NCBI GenBank assembly: GCA_963662285.2
Contig: CAXXMV010000003.1
Coordinates: 224,001 to 288,000 of the forward strand
From: a bacterium
Lineage (GTDB): Bacteria > Hinthialibacterota > Hinthialibacteria > Hinthialibacterales > Hinthialibacteraceae
DNA length: 64,000 nt
Reading direction: 5' to 3'
Below the pieces are notes generated by a model, which had not been told where the DNA came from, made no database searches, and worked only from the letters and a program-made list of their open reading frames with translations. The position numbers were made by a program, and so were the translations under genes. Numbering within the stretch: position 1 is the stretch's first letter; every line of letters begins with the position of its first letter. Shown here piece by piece: positions 18,351 through 28,735 of this stretch.

Positions 18351-20558
18351 ATGAAAAAAACTCTGGATTATATTGACCATTGCCGTTATCTGGCGCTAGC
18401 CGCTTTACTGCTCTTGGTTCCTATATTGGTTGATCTGAATATAGGCATCAGCGCCGGGCCGGAGAGCAAATTCCGTTTCTTGGAATGCGGCGTCCTTATT
18501 ACCGCTTTTCTTTCTCTTCCGGTATGGATATTCAGAAGAAACAACTTGCGTATGCAATTATCCACTGCGGTAATCATGCTGTGGATATGCTACATGCTGT
18601 TTCGCGCCGCCTTCGACGCCAATTATGAGTACACACTGGATAAAGCCTTCCAAATCTCCTCATGGCTCTTATTCATCCTGCTGGTTGCCGATGTATGTAA
18701 AACCAACCGGGATTTTATGCGCCTAGTCGTAATCGCAGTAATCGGCCAGATTGCTCCGGTATTCCTGGCTGTGGCCAATACATTCGACTGGTTCCCCTAT
18801 CTACACTTTGTTTATGGTAAAAATACTTATTGGTACAATGTAAATATTGGTTCTGATCGCGGCGTTATCTGGTCCAGCCTGGGCAATCCTAATTTTTACG
18901 CCAATTATGGCGCCATCCTGCTGTTATGGTTATTCACCTTATTGGCATTGTCTAAGCGCTGGTTGACTCGTTGCGCAATTATGGTATACAGCGTTTTACT
19001 TATTTACACCCTGCTTTATACCTATACACGGGGGATCTGGGCCAGTTTGATCCCCGTTTTTGGCATCATTTCATTAATTCTGTTTTATCGGCAATGGTCT
19101 GAACGATTTAATATTTCCGAGATAATTCAGCGCAATTGGAAACCGACTGTTTTAACAGTAGCCGGTATGCTAGTAATAATATCCTCTATATTTGCGCTTG
19201 AGACAAGTTCAGGACCGATTCATAAAATCGGCCAACGCTTCTATCACGCCGCCACTCTGCGGGACGCCAGTTTACGCTCCAGGCCATTGTTATGGTACGC
19301 CGCATTACGCATGTGGCGCGAGAAACCTCTAATAGGGCAGGGCATGGGACATTATCAGCCGCTTTATCTGGATACCATCTATCAATCCGCCCTGGAAACT
19401 GATCCCGAACGCATCCAGCATATTACGCGTGAAATGAATACTACCCGCTCTGACCGGGCGCATAACGATTATCTGCACATTCTGGCCGAGCAGGGTATCA
19501 TCGGATATGGGCTATTCATCCTCTTTCTCTTATCCATCATATATCCCGCTGTGCATGGTATTCTATGGGGGCGGAAATCAAGGCGCGATTCAATATTGTT
19601 AACTGGCTGCGCCGCAATTTTTCTTATGGTCATCATCCAGTGCATATATGACTTTCCCCTGCTGCTTCCAGCCAGTTCCATCCTTTTCGCTCTTTCAGCA
19701 GGAGGAATTATTGTTTTAACCGCCAAACCTGCTCAGCCATCAAGAATATGGATATCCTGGAAAATATTAGTCTCCCTCTGTCTTACTCCGATATTAATAT
19801 TGTCGCTTGGCATGGCGCTGCGTCATTTATGCGCATCACATTATCTGCACAAGGGAATTTATCATCTGAATCTCTATAAAAAGTCAAATAATAAACTGAC
19901 TAATACCGATTTTCAAAATTCTGAAAAATATCTGGAGCGAGCCAACCAACTATTTCCACAGAGCGGCGTTATTTTATTTGAACAGGGAAGGCTTTTTGCC
20001 AGTCGATTAGGAAAATATCAAACTCGCGCTATTGATTACCTGGAGCGTTCCAAAGAGACCTATTGCACGCCGGAAACCTACTACCTTTTATGCAGCCTTT
20101 ATTTGGATAAAGCCTATTATGCAAAAGCGCAAAACATGGTCGATACCCTTTTAATGATTGATCCTAATCGCGAAGAGGTAAATTATTTAGCTGGAATTGT
20201 TTCGTACAGATTACGTAAATATAAAGAGGCTGCCCAATATCTTCAAGAAGAATTAAGGGTTAATTCTTCCAACACCCGCGCACTGTCATTATTGGGCATG
20301 ATCTATAAGGATCATTATAAACAACCGGATATCGCAGCAGCCGCCTATGAAAAATTGCTTAAAATTGAACCTGGTTCAATCGATACCCATGAAAGTTTAG
20401 CCGATGTACTTGTTGAACTTGGCGAATTACCTGCTGCGCGTCATCATTATACTACCGCTCTCGAGGGCGCCAATGCGCTGTCACGCCTGGAATGGATCAA
20501 GCGCCTGGAAATGAAACTCGGTAGATTGAACGATAGAATTAATAACTCGAAAGAATAA
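18351..20558 (+). CDS. O-antigen ligase (Wzy_C) family protein with C-terminal TPR repeats
   Basis: SSLGNPNF, TYTRG, R..LW..AL.MW...PLIGQG.G, AHNDYLHILAEQGIIG; C-terminal TPR-like helices. Confidence 0.87.
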   Translation: MKKTLDYIDHCRYLALAALLLLVPILVDLNIGISAGPESKFRFLECGVLITAFLSLPVWIFRRNNLRMQLSTAVIMLWICYMLFRAAFDANYEYTLDKAFQISSWLLFILLVADVCKTNRDFMRLVVIAVIGQIAPVFLAVANTFDWFPYLHFVYGKNTYWYNVNIGSDRGVIWSSLGNPNFYANYGAILLLWLFTLLALSKRWLTRCAIMVYSVLLIYTLLYTYTRGIWASLIPVFGIISLILFYRQWSERFNISEIIQRNWKPTVLTVAGMLVIISSIFALETSSGPIHKIGQRFYHAATLRDASLRSRPLLWYAALRMWREKPLIGQGMGHYQPLYLDTIYQSALETDPERIQHITREMNTTRSDRAHNDYLHILAEQGIIGYGLFILFLLSIIYPAVHGILWGRKSRRDSILLTGCAAIFLMVIIQCIYDFPLLLPASSILFALSAGGIIVLTAKPAQPSRIWISWKILVSLCLTPILILSLGMALRHLCASHYLHKGIYHLNLYKKSNNKLTNTDFQNSEKYLERANQLFPQSGVILFEQGRLFASRLGKYQTRAIDYLERSKETYCTPETYYLLCSLYLDKAYYAKAQNMVDTLLMIDPNREEVNYLAGIVSYRLRKYKEAAQYLQEELRVNSSNTRALSLLGMIYKDHYKQPDIAAAAYEKLLKIEPGSIDTHESLADVLVELGELPAARHHYTTALEGANALSRLEWIKRLEMKLGRLNDRINNSKE

Positions 20559-20562
20559 GCCC

Positions 20563-21255
20563 ATGAATCTGGAAGCCAATCACGTCATTTTAGAAGCCAA
20601 AGACCTCAAACGGGTTTTTCATACCGGCGATGAAGATTTGACCGTGCTGCATGAATTGCAATTACAAGTAATGAAGAACGAGATTCTTGCTATTACCGGA
20701 GAATCCGGCTCTGGAAAATCAACTCTTCTGCATCTGCTGGGATGCCTTGATGTTCCAACTAGCGGCTCAGTGCATTATCTGGGGCATGAACTCTCTTCTC
20801 TGGACTCTTCTGAACAAGATCGCATCAGAAACCGTGAATTCGGTTTCGTTTTTCAATTCCATCACCTCCTGCCGGAATTCAGCGCTTTGGAGAATGTGTA
20901 TCTTCCCGGCATGATTGCGCGCCGTCCGCAGAGTGAATTACAGGATCAAGCCAAAGCAATCCTCACCGAATTAGGTATGGGGCATCGATTGCAACATAAA
21001 CCTAATCAACTATCAGGAGGAGAACAACAACGCGTCGCCGTAGCCCGCGCCATGATAAATTCTCCTAAAATCCTCTTCATGGATGAACCAACCGGCAATC
21101 TTGATCCCGCTAATAGCGAAGAACTTGTGGCCATCATAAGGGAGCAGCAAAAAAGTAAAAATTTAACCGTGGTTATAGTAACTCACGACCCGGATATCGC
21201 CCATAACTCAGATAGAAGCCTTAAACTACGAGACGGGCATGTAGTGACCGACTAA
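20563..21255 (+). CDS. lolD: Lipoprotein-releasing ABC transporter ATP-binding protein LolD
   Basis: GESGSGKSTLLHLLG.LD.PTSG, GFVFQFHHLLPEFSALENV, LSGGEQQRVAVARA. Confidence 0.85.
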   Translation: MNLEANHVILEAKDLKRVFHTGDEDLTVLHELQLQVMKNEILAITGESGSGKSTLLHLLGCLDVPTSGSVHYLGHELSSLDSSEQDRIRNREFGFVFQFHHLLPEFSALENVYLPGMIARRPQSELQDQAKAILTELGMGHRLQHKPNQLSGGEQQRVAVARAMINSPKILFMDEPTGNLDPANSEELVAIIREQQKSKNLTVVIVTHDPDIAHNSDRSLKLRDGHVVTD

Positions 21256-21277
21256 AAACTAATTTTAAAAATCCCAA

Positions 21278-21307
21278 GTAGGGTGGGTCACACTTTACCG
21301 ACCCACC
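21278..21307 (+). repeat. Family A REP
   Basis: GTAGGGTGGGTCACACTTTACCGACCCACC. Confidence 0.85.
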
Positions 21308-21350
21308 GATAAAACTAATGTTATAGAATTAAATTGAAGGAATAATAGTT

Positions 21351-21845
21351 ATGCCGTTATTTCGAGATGGAGAATGTCAACCACTGAGGCGCTGGCATGA
21401 AGCTGCGCAGATCATTGGATTCGCCGTCTGCGCTTTACTGGTCAATATGGTAATTGGTTTGATCATAAAACCAATAGGATTCGTAGGCGCCAGAGAAGTC
21501 AATCAAGGTTTGATCGAACTACACGGCGCCTTTTTCGCCTTTTTTATGATCGTCATCGTTGCGCCATTTACCGAGACGATCTACATCCAATGGCTTCCCC
21601 TGCTTGTGTCCAAGATCGCCCGGCGCACGCCCATTGTTCAGATTTTATGGGCTTCATGCTGGTGTTCGTTGATGCATATACCGCAAGGCTTTGCATATAT
21701 GCTTCAAAATTTCGGAGTAGGCTGGGTTCTCGCCAGCTGCTTTCTCTTTTGCCGCAAAGAGGACTGGCTCAAAGCATACCGCGTAACATCGCTGGCTCAT
21801 CTCCTTCACAACCTAACCGTATATATAATAAGTCATAGCGCTTAG
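21351..21845 (+). CDS. CPBP/Abi (CAAX-type) intramembrane protease family protein
   Basis: VAPFTET, ..LMH, AHLLHN motifs in a hydrophobic protein. Confidence 0.7.
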   Translation: MPLFRDGECQPLRRWHEAAQIIGFAVCALLVNMVIGLIIKPIGFVGAREVNQGLIELHGAFFAFFMIVIVAPFTETIYIQWLPLLVSKIARRTPIVQILWASCWCSLMHIPQGFAYMLQNFGVGWVLASCFLFCRKEDWLKAYRVTSLAHLLHNLTVYIISHSA

Positions 21846-21873
21846 TATGGATAAGATTCGCTGTTAAAACCAT

Positions 21874-21898
21874 GTAGTGGCAATCCTTTGAGGTTGTC
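21874..21898 (+). repeat. Degenerate family B REP
   Basis: GTAGTGGCAATCCTTTGAGGTTGTC resembles the 7115 copy. Confidence 0.5.
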
Positions 21899-21948
21899 AT
21901 AATCTGCTTATTTACTATAACTTACGCGCAATATCCTAATCTATTTTA

Positions 21949-22725
21949 TCACAATCGCCGCACCCCGAATCCACCGCCGACTTCTATCGATGTTCCAGTG
22001 GAAAAATCAAAATAACCCTGCGCAATGGCGCTGATGGCTTTACCGACGTCTTCCGGCGTTCCCCAGCGGGGTTGGGGAGTTAAACCTTCGGCAATCAGCT
22101 TATCGTATTTCTCTTGTACTACTGAAGTCATATCCGTCGCAATGACGCCGGGTTGTATCTCATAGACCCAGATTCCCTCTGACGCCAGCCGGTCCGCGAA
22201 CAATTTAGTGGTCATTGATAATGCCGCTTTTGAGAGACAATACTCGCCTCGGTTTATCGATGCGGTATAAGCTGAGATGGAAGTTACAAATACGATGCGG
22301 CCAACTTCAATGGTTCCCGCCTGGCGCTGCTCAACCATTTTATTGGCGGCGTATTGGGTAATAAACAGCGGGCCTGTCAAGTTGGTATCCATGACATATC
22401 TGTAACTTTCCATCGACATCTCCAGCCAGTCAGCGCGTACTTTAGGCGCCACTCCAGCATTGTTAACCAGAAGGTCCAAGCGCCCGAAATGATCTATAGC
22501 ATCATCAATCAGGCGCTTACGGTCATCTTCATCCGCAATATTTGCTTGAATAGTAATGGCTCTGCGACCTAATTGTTCGATAATACCTTTAGTCTCTTGG
22601 GCGGCTGCTTGATTGCCAGCATAATTAACTACGATATCGTATCCGGCTTTAGCCGTTTCAATAGCAATGCCGCGTCCGATACCGCGGCTTGAGCCGGTAA
22701 TTATGGCGCATGGTGTATTTGACAT
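21949..22725 (-). CDS. SDR family oxidoreductase (3-ketoacyl-ACP reductase-like)
   Basis: TGSSRGIG, NNAG, YCLSK, PGVIATDMT; AGGAGA RBS before ATG 22725. Confidence 0.9.
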   Translation of the reverse strand: MSNTPCAIITGSSRGIGRGIAIETAKAGYDIVVNYAGNQAAAQETKGIIEQLGRRAITIQANIADEDDRKRLIDDAIDHFGRLDLLVNNAGVAPKVRADWLEMSMESYRYVMDTNLTGPLFITQYAANKMVEQRQAGTIEVGRIVFVTSISAYTASINRGEYCLSKAALSMTTKLFADRLASEGIWVYEIQPGVIATDMTSVVQEKYDKLIAEGLTPQPRWGTPEDVGKAISAIAQGYFDFSTGTSIEVGGGFGVRRL

Positions 22726-22845
22726 ACTATTTCTCCTGGAATTATGGGATGCGTGAATGGAACTCATCCAGACTTCGTATATTATGATGTTAAGGTAGGA
22801 TGTTTATATAGTCGAGAGGCGTAGAGTTTAGAAAGGAATTACAGT

Positions 22846-23571
22846 ATGCAAAAACATAGATACAAGATTCTGATTGCTTTTATAATAACGGTTGCTTTGG
22901 TTGTATGTATTGCCGAAATGTACTTTAAGCAGAAGAGAATTGAGAATACCGTTAATCTAGTCCAGATGATACACCAATCATTGACCTTTGAATATGATTT
23001 TACCCTGGATCAGACCGAAGCAGATGCAGCCGTCCAGATAACTTCCGCTTCTAGTCAAATTGTCGTTCCATGGCCTGATGATCCGAATATCCAGCAATCC
23101 TTAGGCGATTTCGATGCCTTCATCCGTGGAGCGCTTAACTTTGCTCGAACTACCAGGCGGGAATACCTGGAATACGACCTCAACGAAATAACGGCGAAAA
23201 CAAAAACTGACTATCAGACAATCTATGAATTCGATGAGAATGATTATCAAGTAACGCTCGATTTTTTGGGAGAAGCTAAGGTTCTTCATCAAATAACCAG
23301 AAACTCAGTAGAGAAAAAACGCTCGCTCGCCATAACTTATTATGACAATGGCAATCTCAATCGCATCGAATATGGCATGTGGAGCAATGAATCAATGGGC
23401 GTCATAATCAAATTCCACCAGGATGGCAACCTTCAGGAATATATGATGATCTACAATTGGATGATGCTTGGTCCGTTTATTTTGCAGGATGAGAACGGCT
23501 CAATAACAGCAGAGTTTTATTCGCGTCCACAACCAATATCATTGAACAAAAGCCTACAGGATAATAATTAG
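22846..23571 (+). CDS. Membrane-anchored hypothetical protein with MORN-variant-like repeats
   Basis: N-terminal TM; TYYDNGNL, KFHQDGNL, LQDENGSI repeats; AAGGAA RBS. Confidence 0.6.
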   Translation: MQKHRYKILIAFIITVALVVCIAEMYFKQKRIENTVNLVQMIHQSLTFEYDFTLDQTEADAAVQITSASSQIVVPWPDDPNIQQSLGDFDAFIRGALNFARTTRREYLEYDLNEITAKTKTDYQTIYEFDENDYQVTLDFLGEAKVLHQITRNSVEKKRSLAITYYDNGNLNRIEYGMWSNESMGVIIKFHQDGNLQEYMMIYNWMMLGPFILQDENGSITAEFYSRPQPISLNKSLQDNN

Positions 23572-25193
23572 TGATGGGTGACATTACTCTGGAAATGCCC
23601 TTATATCTATTGGCGCCATTGATCATCTTGGCCCTGATAGGATTCTCATATCTATCCGTGCGTTTATGGAAATACGCTCTGTTGCTTCACAAACTGCTGA
23701 AATATGATTCAGATTCAGCCGAAAATGCAGACTATTTGAATAAATCCAATATTTCCACAGTGGATCAGGCCGCGCAAGAGTTGCTCAAAAAAAAAATCCG
23801 CGACGCATGGTACTCATTCTCTTCAGTGGAACTGTTGAATCTACCTGTCCTGCGTGATGATTGTCATGACTTGGTTAAACAAATTGCGGCAGTCTATTTC
23901 CCCCAATCCAATAATCCTGAATATGAAATTACCATTATGCAATTGCTGCTTTTGAACGAGCGTATTGCCCATCGCACTCGAACAATGTTGGATGATTTAC
24001 CCTCTTTTCATAAAGTGACCGTCGCCTCAATAATGGAAGCAAAATCAATTCTTGAGAAAACCAGACAGACCATTGATAAAAAGGGCATCCGCACAGGTGG
24101 ACGCATCGCCGGGCGCATCTGGTCTGCTATAAGTATTGTTAATCCAAACTATTGGATCAGGAAAGTTATATTCAAAGGCGCTTCCGAGATGGCCACCCGG
24201 AAAGCCCTGACCTCAGTTTACCGTATCGCCGGTTATGAAGCCATTCGCTTATACCGCGCATCCGCCATGCAAACTGACCCGCTTGGTTTCTCTCTGGAAA
24301 AAGAACTGGAAGCCAACCTTGAATTTGATGAAGAAAATACCCAAACTCAAGAAGCAAACGACCAAATCAAAGATGAATTTGACCTGAAGAATGAAGAGGA
24401 TGTGATGTCTGATAACCAGGAATGGATTTTACCTGACGAAGAAGAGCCTACCCAAAAAGGCAATAAGAATACCGAAGAAACAGGCCATGAAAAATTAGAC
24501 TTCTCCATCAGCAAAATGCTGTCCAATTTCGTCGAAGGTTCTATGCAATTATGGGACAAAATGGTCAACGTTGACCGGGTGATAGAGTCTTTCCAGAAGA
24601 AAGGCGACGACGTACAATGTCTGACAGATATCAGTTCTCTGCCCATATCGCGCAACGATGATATTGCTAACGCCTATATCAGCAAAGGCCGTTGGCTCTC
24701 CGCCGCCGAAGGGGCCGCCACCGGATTAGGAGGCATCCTTCTTTTAAGCGCTGATGCAGTATCCCTGCTGGCCTTGCAACTGCGCACCATACAACAGATA
24801 GGATACTGCTATGGCTTCGATGTCTCCCGTCCGGAAGAGAAACTTTTCGCCGCAAAACTGCTGGCCGAATCATACAGTCATCCCTCTGGTAAAGAACGCG
24901 ACGCATTAAAAAATGAGATGCGCACCGCAGCGGGACTGTTAAAAGGTAAAACTCCCATTAATCTATTGCAAAAAAGATTATTCGTACAAGGTTTTGCTAA
25001 AATCGCTCAAAAAATCGGCATCCGCTTCGGCAGCAGAAAAGCGGCGCAGATTGTTCCTGTTTTTGGTTCTGCGGTAGGTTGTATTGTCAACCAGAAAATA
25101 ACCAAGGAGATTGCCGAAACAGCTAAAGAGGTATACCGGGAACGCTTTTTACAAAAACAAGACGCTTCAAGCAACCGGGAAACAAGTGAATAG
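23571..25193 (+). CDS. EcsC-family protein with extra N-terminal domain
   Basis: EGAATGLGG..LLSAD...LQLRTIQQIGYCYGFD, AQIVPVFGSAVG, YRERFL. Confidence 0.8.
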   Translation: MMGDITLEMPLYLLAPLIILALIGFSYLSVRLWKYALLLHKLLKYDSDSAENADYLNKSNISTVDQAAQELLKKKIRDAWYSFSSVELLNLPVLRDDCHDLVKQIAAVYFPQSNNPEYEITIMQLLLLNERIAHRTRTMLDDLPSFHKVTVASIMEAKSILEKTRQTIDKKGIRTGGRIAGRIWSAISIVNPNYWIRKVIFKGASEMATRKALTSVYRIAGYEAIRLYRASAMQTDPLGFSLEKELEANLEFDEENTQTQEANDQIKDEFDLKNEEDVMSDNQEWILPDEEEPTQKGNKNTEETGHEKLDFSISKMLSNFVEGSMQLWDKMVNVDRVIESFQKKGDDVQCLTDISSLPISRNDDIANAYISKGRWLSAAEGAATGLGGILLLSADAVSLLALQLRTIQQIGYCYGFDVSRPEEKLFAAKLLAESYSHPSGKERDALKNEMRTAAGLLKGKTPINLLQKRLFVQGFAKIAQKIGIRFGSRKAAQIVPVFGSAVGCIVNQKITKEIAETAKEVYRERFLQKQDASSNRETSE

Positions 25194-25286
25194 ACTAATA
25201 TAATAGTCAATATCTCATAACTTCTATTTCAATCATCTCAAAAAAGTTGTAAAATCCCTTATTACTATAATTAGGGGAATTTCATC

Positions 25287-25919
25287 ATGAATTTATCTAC
25301 AAAGAAATCTACGCATCATTTGAAATGCGTTGTATGTAATAAAGGTTTTAGTTCTCAATATGATGAGAAATCCAAGACCTTTCCGGTTTTTCATACTAAA
25401 AGCGAAAATCCAGATATGGAATGTGAGGATACATTTTATAAAGTTTTAATGGGCATCTATAATCATCTCTTAAAAAGCGAATATAGCGTTCCCGCCAATT
25501 CAATTGTTCAAGATGTCCGTGCGCTTGACAAAATATTGCAGAAAAAAGATATGTTAGCCTGGTCTCTATCAATGGGATATCTGATGGTGGATGGTTTTGG
25601 TCGCATTGATATTCCCGAAGTCATTATGGACGAGTTAGAAGGCGTCTTTTCTGAAGAAGCCATGCACAACCTGGACGAAAGACCCGGCGCAGTTGAATGG
25701 ATTAAAGCAAAACTCAGCCATTTGAAGGATCAATTACATTCAGTTTCACCAGATCAGATGCCTTTCAAAAAGACCGAATTGAATTTAGGTGAATCTACTA
25801 TATTCGATAAAATTGATACATCTGGAGTTGAACTAAGAAAAGACAAGAAAAGCGATGCCGACGACTCCTCCCGCACATCCAGCCTTCGCTCAATGATGGA
25901 CCGCAAAAACCGCAGATAA
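25287..25919 (+). CDS. Hypothetical protein (N-terminal CxxC)
   Basis: 210-aa ORF with GGGG RBS; no family recognised. Confidence 0.65.
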   Translation: MNLSTKKSTHHLKCVVCNKGFSSQYDEKSKTFPVFHTKSENPDMECEDTFYKVLMGIYNHLLKSEYSVPANSIVQDVRALDKILQKKDMLAWSLSMGYLMVDGFGRIDIPEVIMDELEGVFSEEAMHNLDERPGAVEWIKAKLSHLKDQLHSVSPDQMPFKKTELNLGESTIFDKIDTSGVELRKDKKSDADDSSRTSSLRSMMDRKNRR

Positions 25920-25960
25920 TACGATTCTAACCAATATATAATATAATTATATCTAGAAAT

Positions 25961-26058
25961 GTAGGGTGCGCCCCTCGTGGGCGCCCTGTTTAAAGCAATC
26001 ACCAATGGCCGGGCGCCAAGGGCAAGACCGCAATGCGGTCAGCCCTTGATCAAACCAC
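25961..26058 (+). repeat. Family B REP (25961-25986) followed by family C repeat (26011-26050)
   Basis: GTAGGGTGCGCCCCTCGTGGGCGCCC; GGGCGCCAAGGGCAAGACCGCAATGCGGTCAGCCCTTGAT; AAACCAC tail. Confidence 0.9.
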
Positions 26059-26075
26059 TTTAGAGTAACTGCTAA

Positions 26076-27401
26076 TTACATAACTTTAGTCTTACCAGGA
26101 ACCGCAATGGGATAATTCCCATCAGGATTAGGCAGTTTAGGAGATTTCATATCAAAACTATATTCAGAAGGTCCAAAGGTGAAATCTGAGTTATAGGCTT
26201 GATCCCATGTCAATTGCTTACCTGAATAACAGGCCATTTGCCCTAGTACGCCCGCCATAGTGCTGTTTACCATATAATCATTAACTATATGTTTACCAGC
26301 TCTGATAGCCGCCAACATCTCCTGATGTTCTACTTTGTATCCACTATCATGGTTGCCATTATATTGCCAGTTTGTTTCGCCGGTTATACGGTTTTCCAGC
26401 AGATCGCACCGCCCCTTGGTTCCCTGAATAATATCAGAAACGCCTGTATGGCAATCATGCTGTGTTCGGCAGAAGGCATAAATTTTAGCTCCGTTATCAT
26501 ATTCGTATACTACTGTATGATGATCGAACACGTCACCGTATATATCGCCGAAAGAGGCGGATCGCCCGCCAAGCCCATGGGCTTTAATGGGCGTCTTTTC
26601 ATTCATGGCCCATAAGGCTTTATCTAAGTTATGCACTAATGATTGGGGAACGTCATCACCCGAAAGCCATGAAATATGATACCAGTTGCGAAAATGATAT
26701 TCGATCTCGCTGTCCTTGGCTGTTCGTGGAACCAAAACATAAGGAGCGCGCAGGTAATTCTCTTCAATCGACACGATGTCGCCGATAATTCCATCTTTTA
26801 TTTGGTTGATTGTGGCGCGAACTCCGGGAACGTAGCGGTTCATCAAACCAGACACAATACATAGTTTTTTCTTTTTAGCTGTGTCGCAAACTTCCTTCAT
26901 CATCCTGATTCCTGGAGGATCAATGCCATGAGGTTTTTCAACGAACACATGTTTCCCTGCATCAATGGCGCATTTGGAATAATATGGGTGAAATGTGGAA
27001 GCGCAGGCGATCAGCACCACATCAACATCACTGGCGATTACTTTCTTGTAGGCGTCGAATCCAACGAAACAATGGTCGTTATCCACTTTCATTTGATCCG
27101 GCAGATCTTTTTTAAGTTCTTTCCGCTTATTCTGGAGTCGGTCTTCAAAAACGTCGCCCATTGCTACCAGATGTACGCCTTCATCCACTTGCATGGCATC
27201 CCTGGCCGCTCCGCTTCCACGTCCCCCGCAACCAATCAGGCCAATCCTGATAACACCACTGCCAGCTGCATGAACCCTACGCGACAAGCCCGATGCGCTT
27301 ATAGCCGCCAACGACAAACTCGCCGCTGAACCTTTCAAGAAACTTCTTCTTGGTGATTTATTATCTTGTTTCTCATTAAGCCCCATAATCATCATCTCCA
27401 T
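26076..27401 (-). CDS. Tat-exported Gfo/Idh/MocA oxidoreductase
   Basis: PRRSFLK twin-arginine signal, GLIGCGGRG, HVFVEKP. Confidence 0.9.
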   Translation of the reverse strand: MEMMIMGLNEKQDNKSPRRSFLKGSAASLSLAAISASGLSRRVHAAGSGVIRIGLIGCGGRGSGAARDAMQVDEGVHLVAMGDVFEDRLQNKRKELKKDLPDQMKVDNDHCFVGFDAYKKVIASDVDVVLIACASTFHPYYSKCAIDAGKHVFVEKPHGIDPPGIRMMKEVCDTAKKKKLCIVSGLMNRYVPGVRATINQIKDGIIGDIVSIEENYLRAPYVLVPRTAKDSEIEYHFRNWYHISWLSGDDVPQSLVHNLDKALWAMNEKTPIKAHGLGGRSASFGDIYGDVFDHHTVVYEYDNGAKIYAFCRTQHDCHTGVSDIIQGTKGRCDLLENRITGETNWQYNGNHDSGYKVEHQEMLAAIRAGKHIVNDYMVNSTMAGVLGQMACYSGKQLTWDQAYNSDFTFGPSEYSFDMKSPKLPNPDGNYPIAVPGKTKVM

Positions 27402-27550
27402 TCTCTGAATAGGATACTTTTTAATTGTTTATAAACATCTTCATTATTGTAGAACATCAATAAAAAGATTGCATACATCAAGTAATATCATATAATAAAG
27501 CCACCCCAAAAGGATAGGCGGATGAATCTATCAACGATTCACTATTACGG

Positions 27551-27567
27551 TAATCTATAATAGATTA
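27551..27567. promoter_or_regulatory. Perfect 8-1-8 palindrome in divergent promoter region
   Basis: TAATCTAT-A-ATAGATTA. Confidence 0.35.
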
Positions 27568-27638
27568 TGCATCAATAATTATTAGCAATTTTACTAATCG
27601 TATGTTTATATGAGAACGTTTATAAAGAGGTTTTTAAT

Positions 27639-28616
27639 ATGAGATTAACAACCGTCGTCTTATTATTATCGTTATCATTGGCTAGTTTAGCCAATGACGG
27701 GAACGATTCGCCTTTGTTTGCAAAAGATGATCCCCGCATTGTTACAGCATTATTGCAACTCTCTTCATTTGGCAACGATCAAGAAGCCAACCGTGATAAA
27801 GCGGAGCACTATTGCCGGGAGGCGTCGAAGCAGGGGGCGGATATCGCGCTTATGAGTGAAATGTGGAATATCGGTTACACGCGATTCGATGCAAGTGTTG
27901 AAGGCGAACGCGAAAAGTTTTGGAATCGCGCAGTGGCGAAAGATGGGCCGTGGGTGCAACATTTCGCCCGCCTTGCCAAGGAATTAAAAATGGCTATCGC
28001 AGTGACTTACTCACAGAAATGGAATCCTTTGCCGCGCAATGCCGTCACCATATTCGATTGGAAAGGAAACGAAGTCTTGACCTATGCAAAAGTGCATACC
28101 AGTGATTTTAAATCGATGGAAAGAAACATGACTCCTGGAGAGGATTTTTACACCGGCTCTTTAGAAACTGCTAAAGGAACCGTCACCGTAGGGTCGATGA
28201 TTTGTTTCGACCGCGAACAACCTGAAAGCGCCCGCATTCTTATGCTCAAAGGCGCTGAATTGGTATTGACGCCCAACTGCTGCGGTTTAGATGATCTGCG
28301 CATCCAGCAGTTTCGCATCCGCGCTGTTGAAAACTTGTTTGGCGTGGCTATGACAAACTACCCGAAGCCATATAACAACGGTCATTCCGTTGCGTTTGAT
28401 CCGGGTGGGCGCTGCCTTGTTCAGGCAGGGGAAGAAGAAGGCGTCTTTTACGCTGCATTTGATATGAAAGATATCCGTCGGCGACGGGCCAAATCCATTT
28501 GGGGCAATGCATACAGGCGACCTCACCGTTATTCAATTTTGAGTGAAATAATTCGCGATCCGGTATGGGATCGTATTGATGGAATCGGTCAACCCTATAA
28601 ACCAGAGAAACGTTGA
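27639..28616 (+). CDS. Secreted carbon-nitrogen hydrolase (nitrilase superfamily)
   Basis: Signal peptide; E-K-C triad (MSEMW, YAKVH, MICFDREQPE). Confidence 0.9.
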   Translation: MRLTTVVLLLSLSLASLANDGNDSPLFAKDDPRIVTALLQLSSFGNDQEANRDKAEHYCREASKQGADIALMSEMWNIGYTRFDASVEGEREKFWNRAVAKDGPWVQHFARLAKELKMAIAVTYSQKWNPLPRNAVTIFDWKGNEVLTYAKVHTSDFKSMERNMTPGEDFYTGSLETAKGTVTVGSMICFDREQPESARILMLKGAELVLTPNCCGLDDLRIQQFRIRAVENLFGVAMTNYPKPYNNGHSVAFDPGGRCLVQAGEEEGVFYAAFDMKDIRRRRAKSIWGNAYRRPHRYSILSEIIRDPVWDRIDGIGQPYKPEKR

Positions 28617-28735
28617 TATATCTCTTGTGATTTTATATATTCCTTTTTGTTTGTTATAATTGTATTTTGTGTAATCTGTAAAAAACACTTTAGTAAACGC
28701 AATCCATACAATTATCATAACTACCCGGTTGCATA

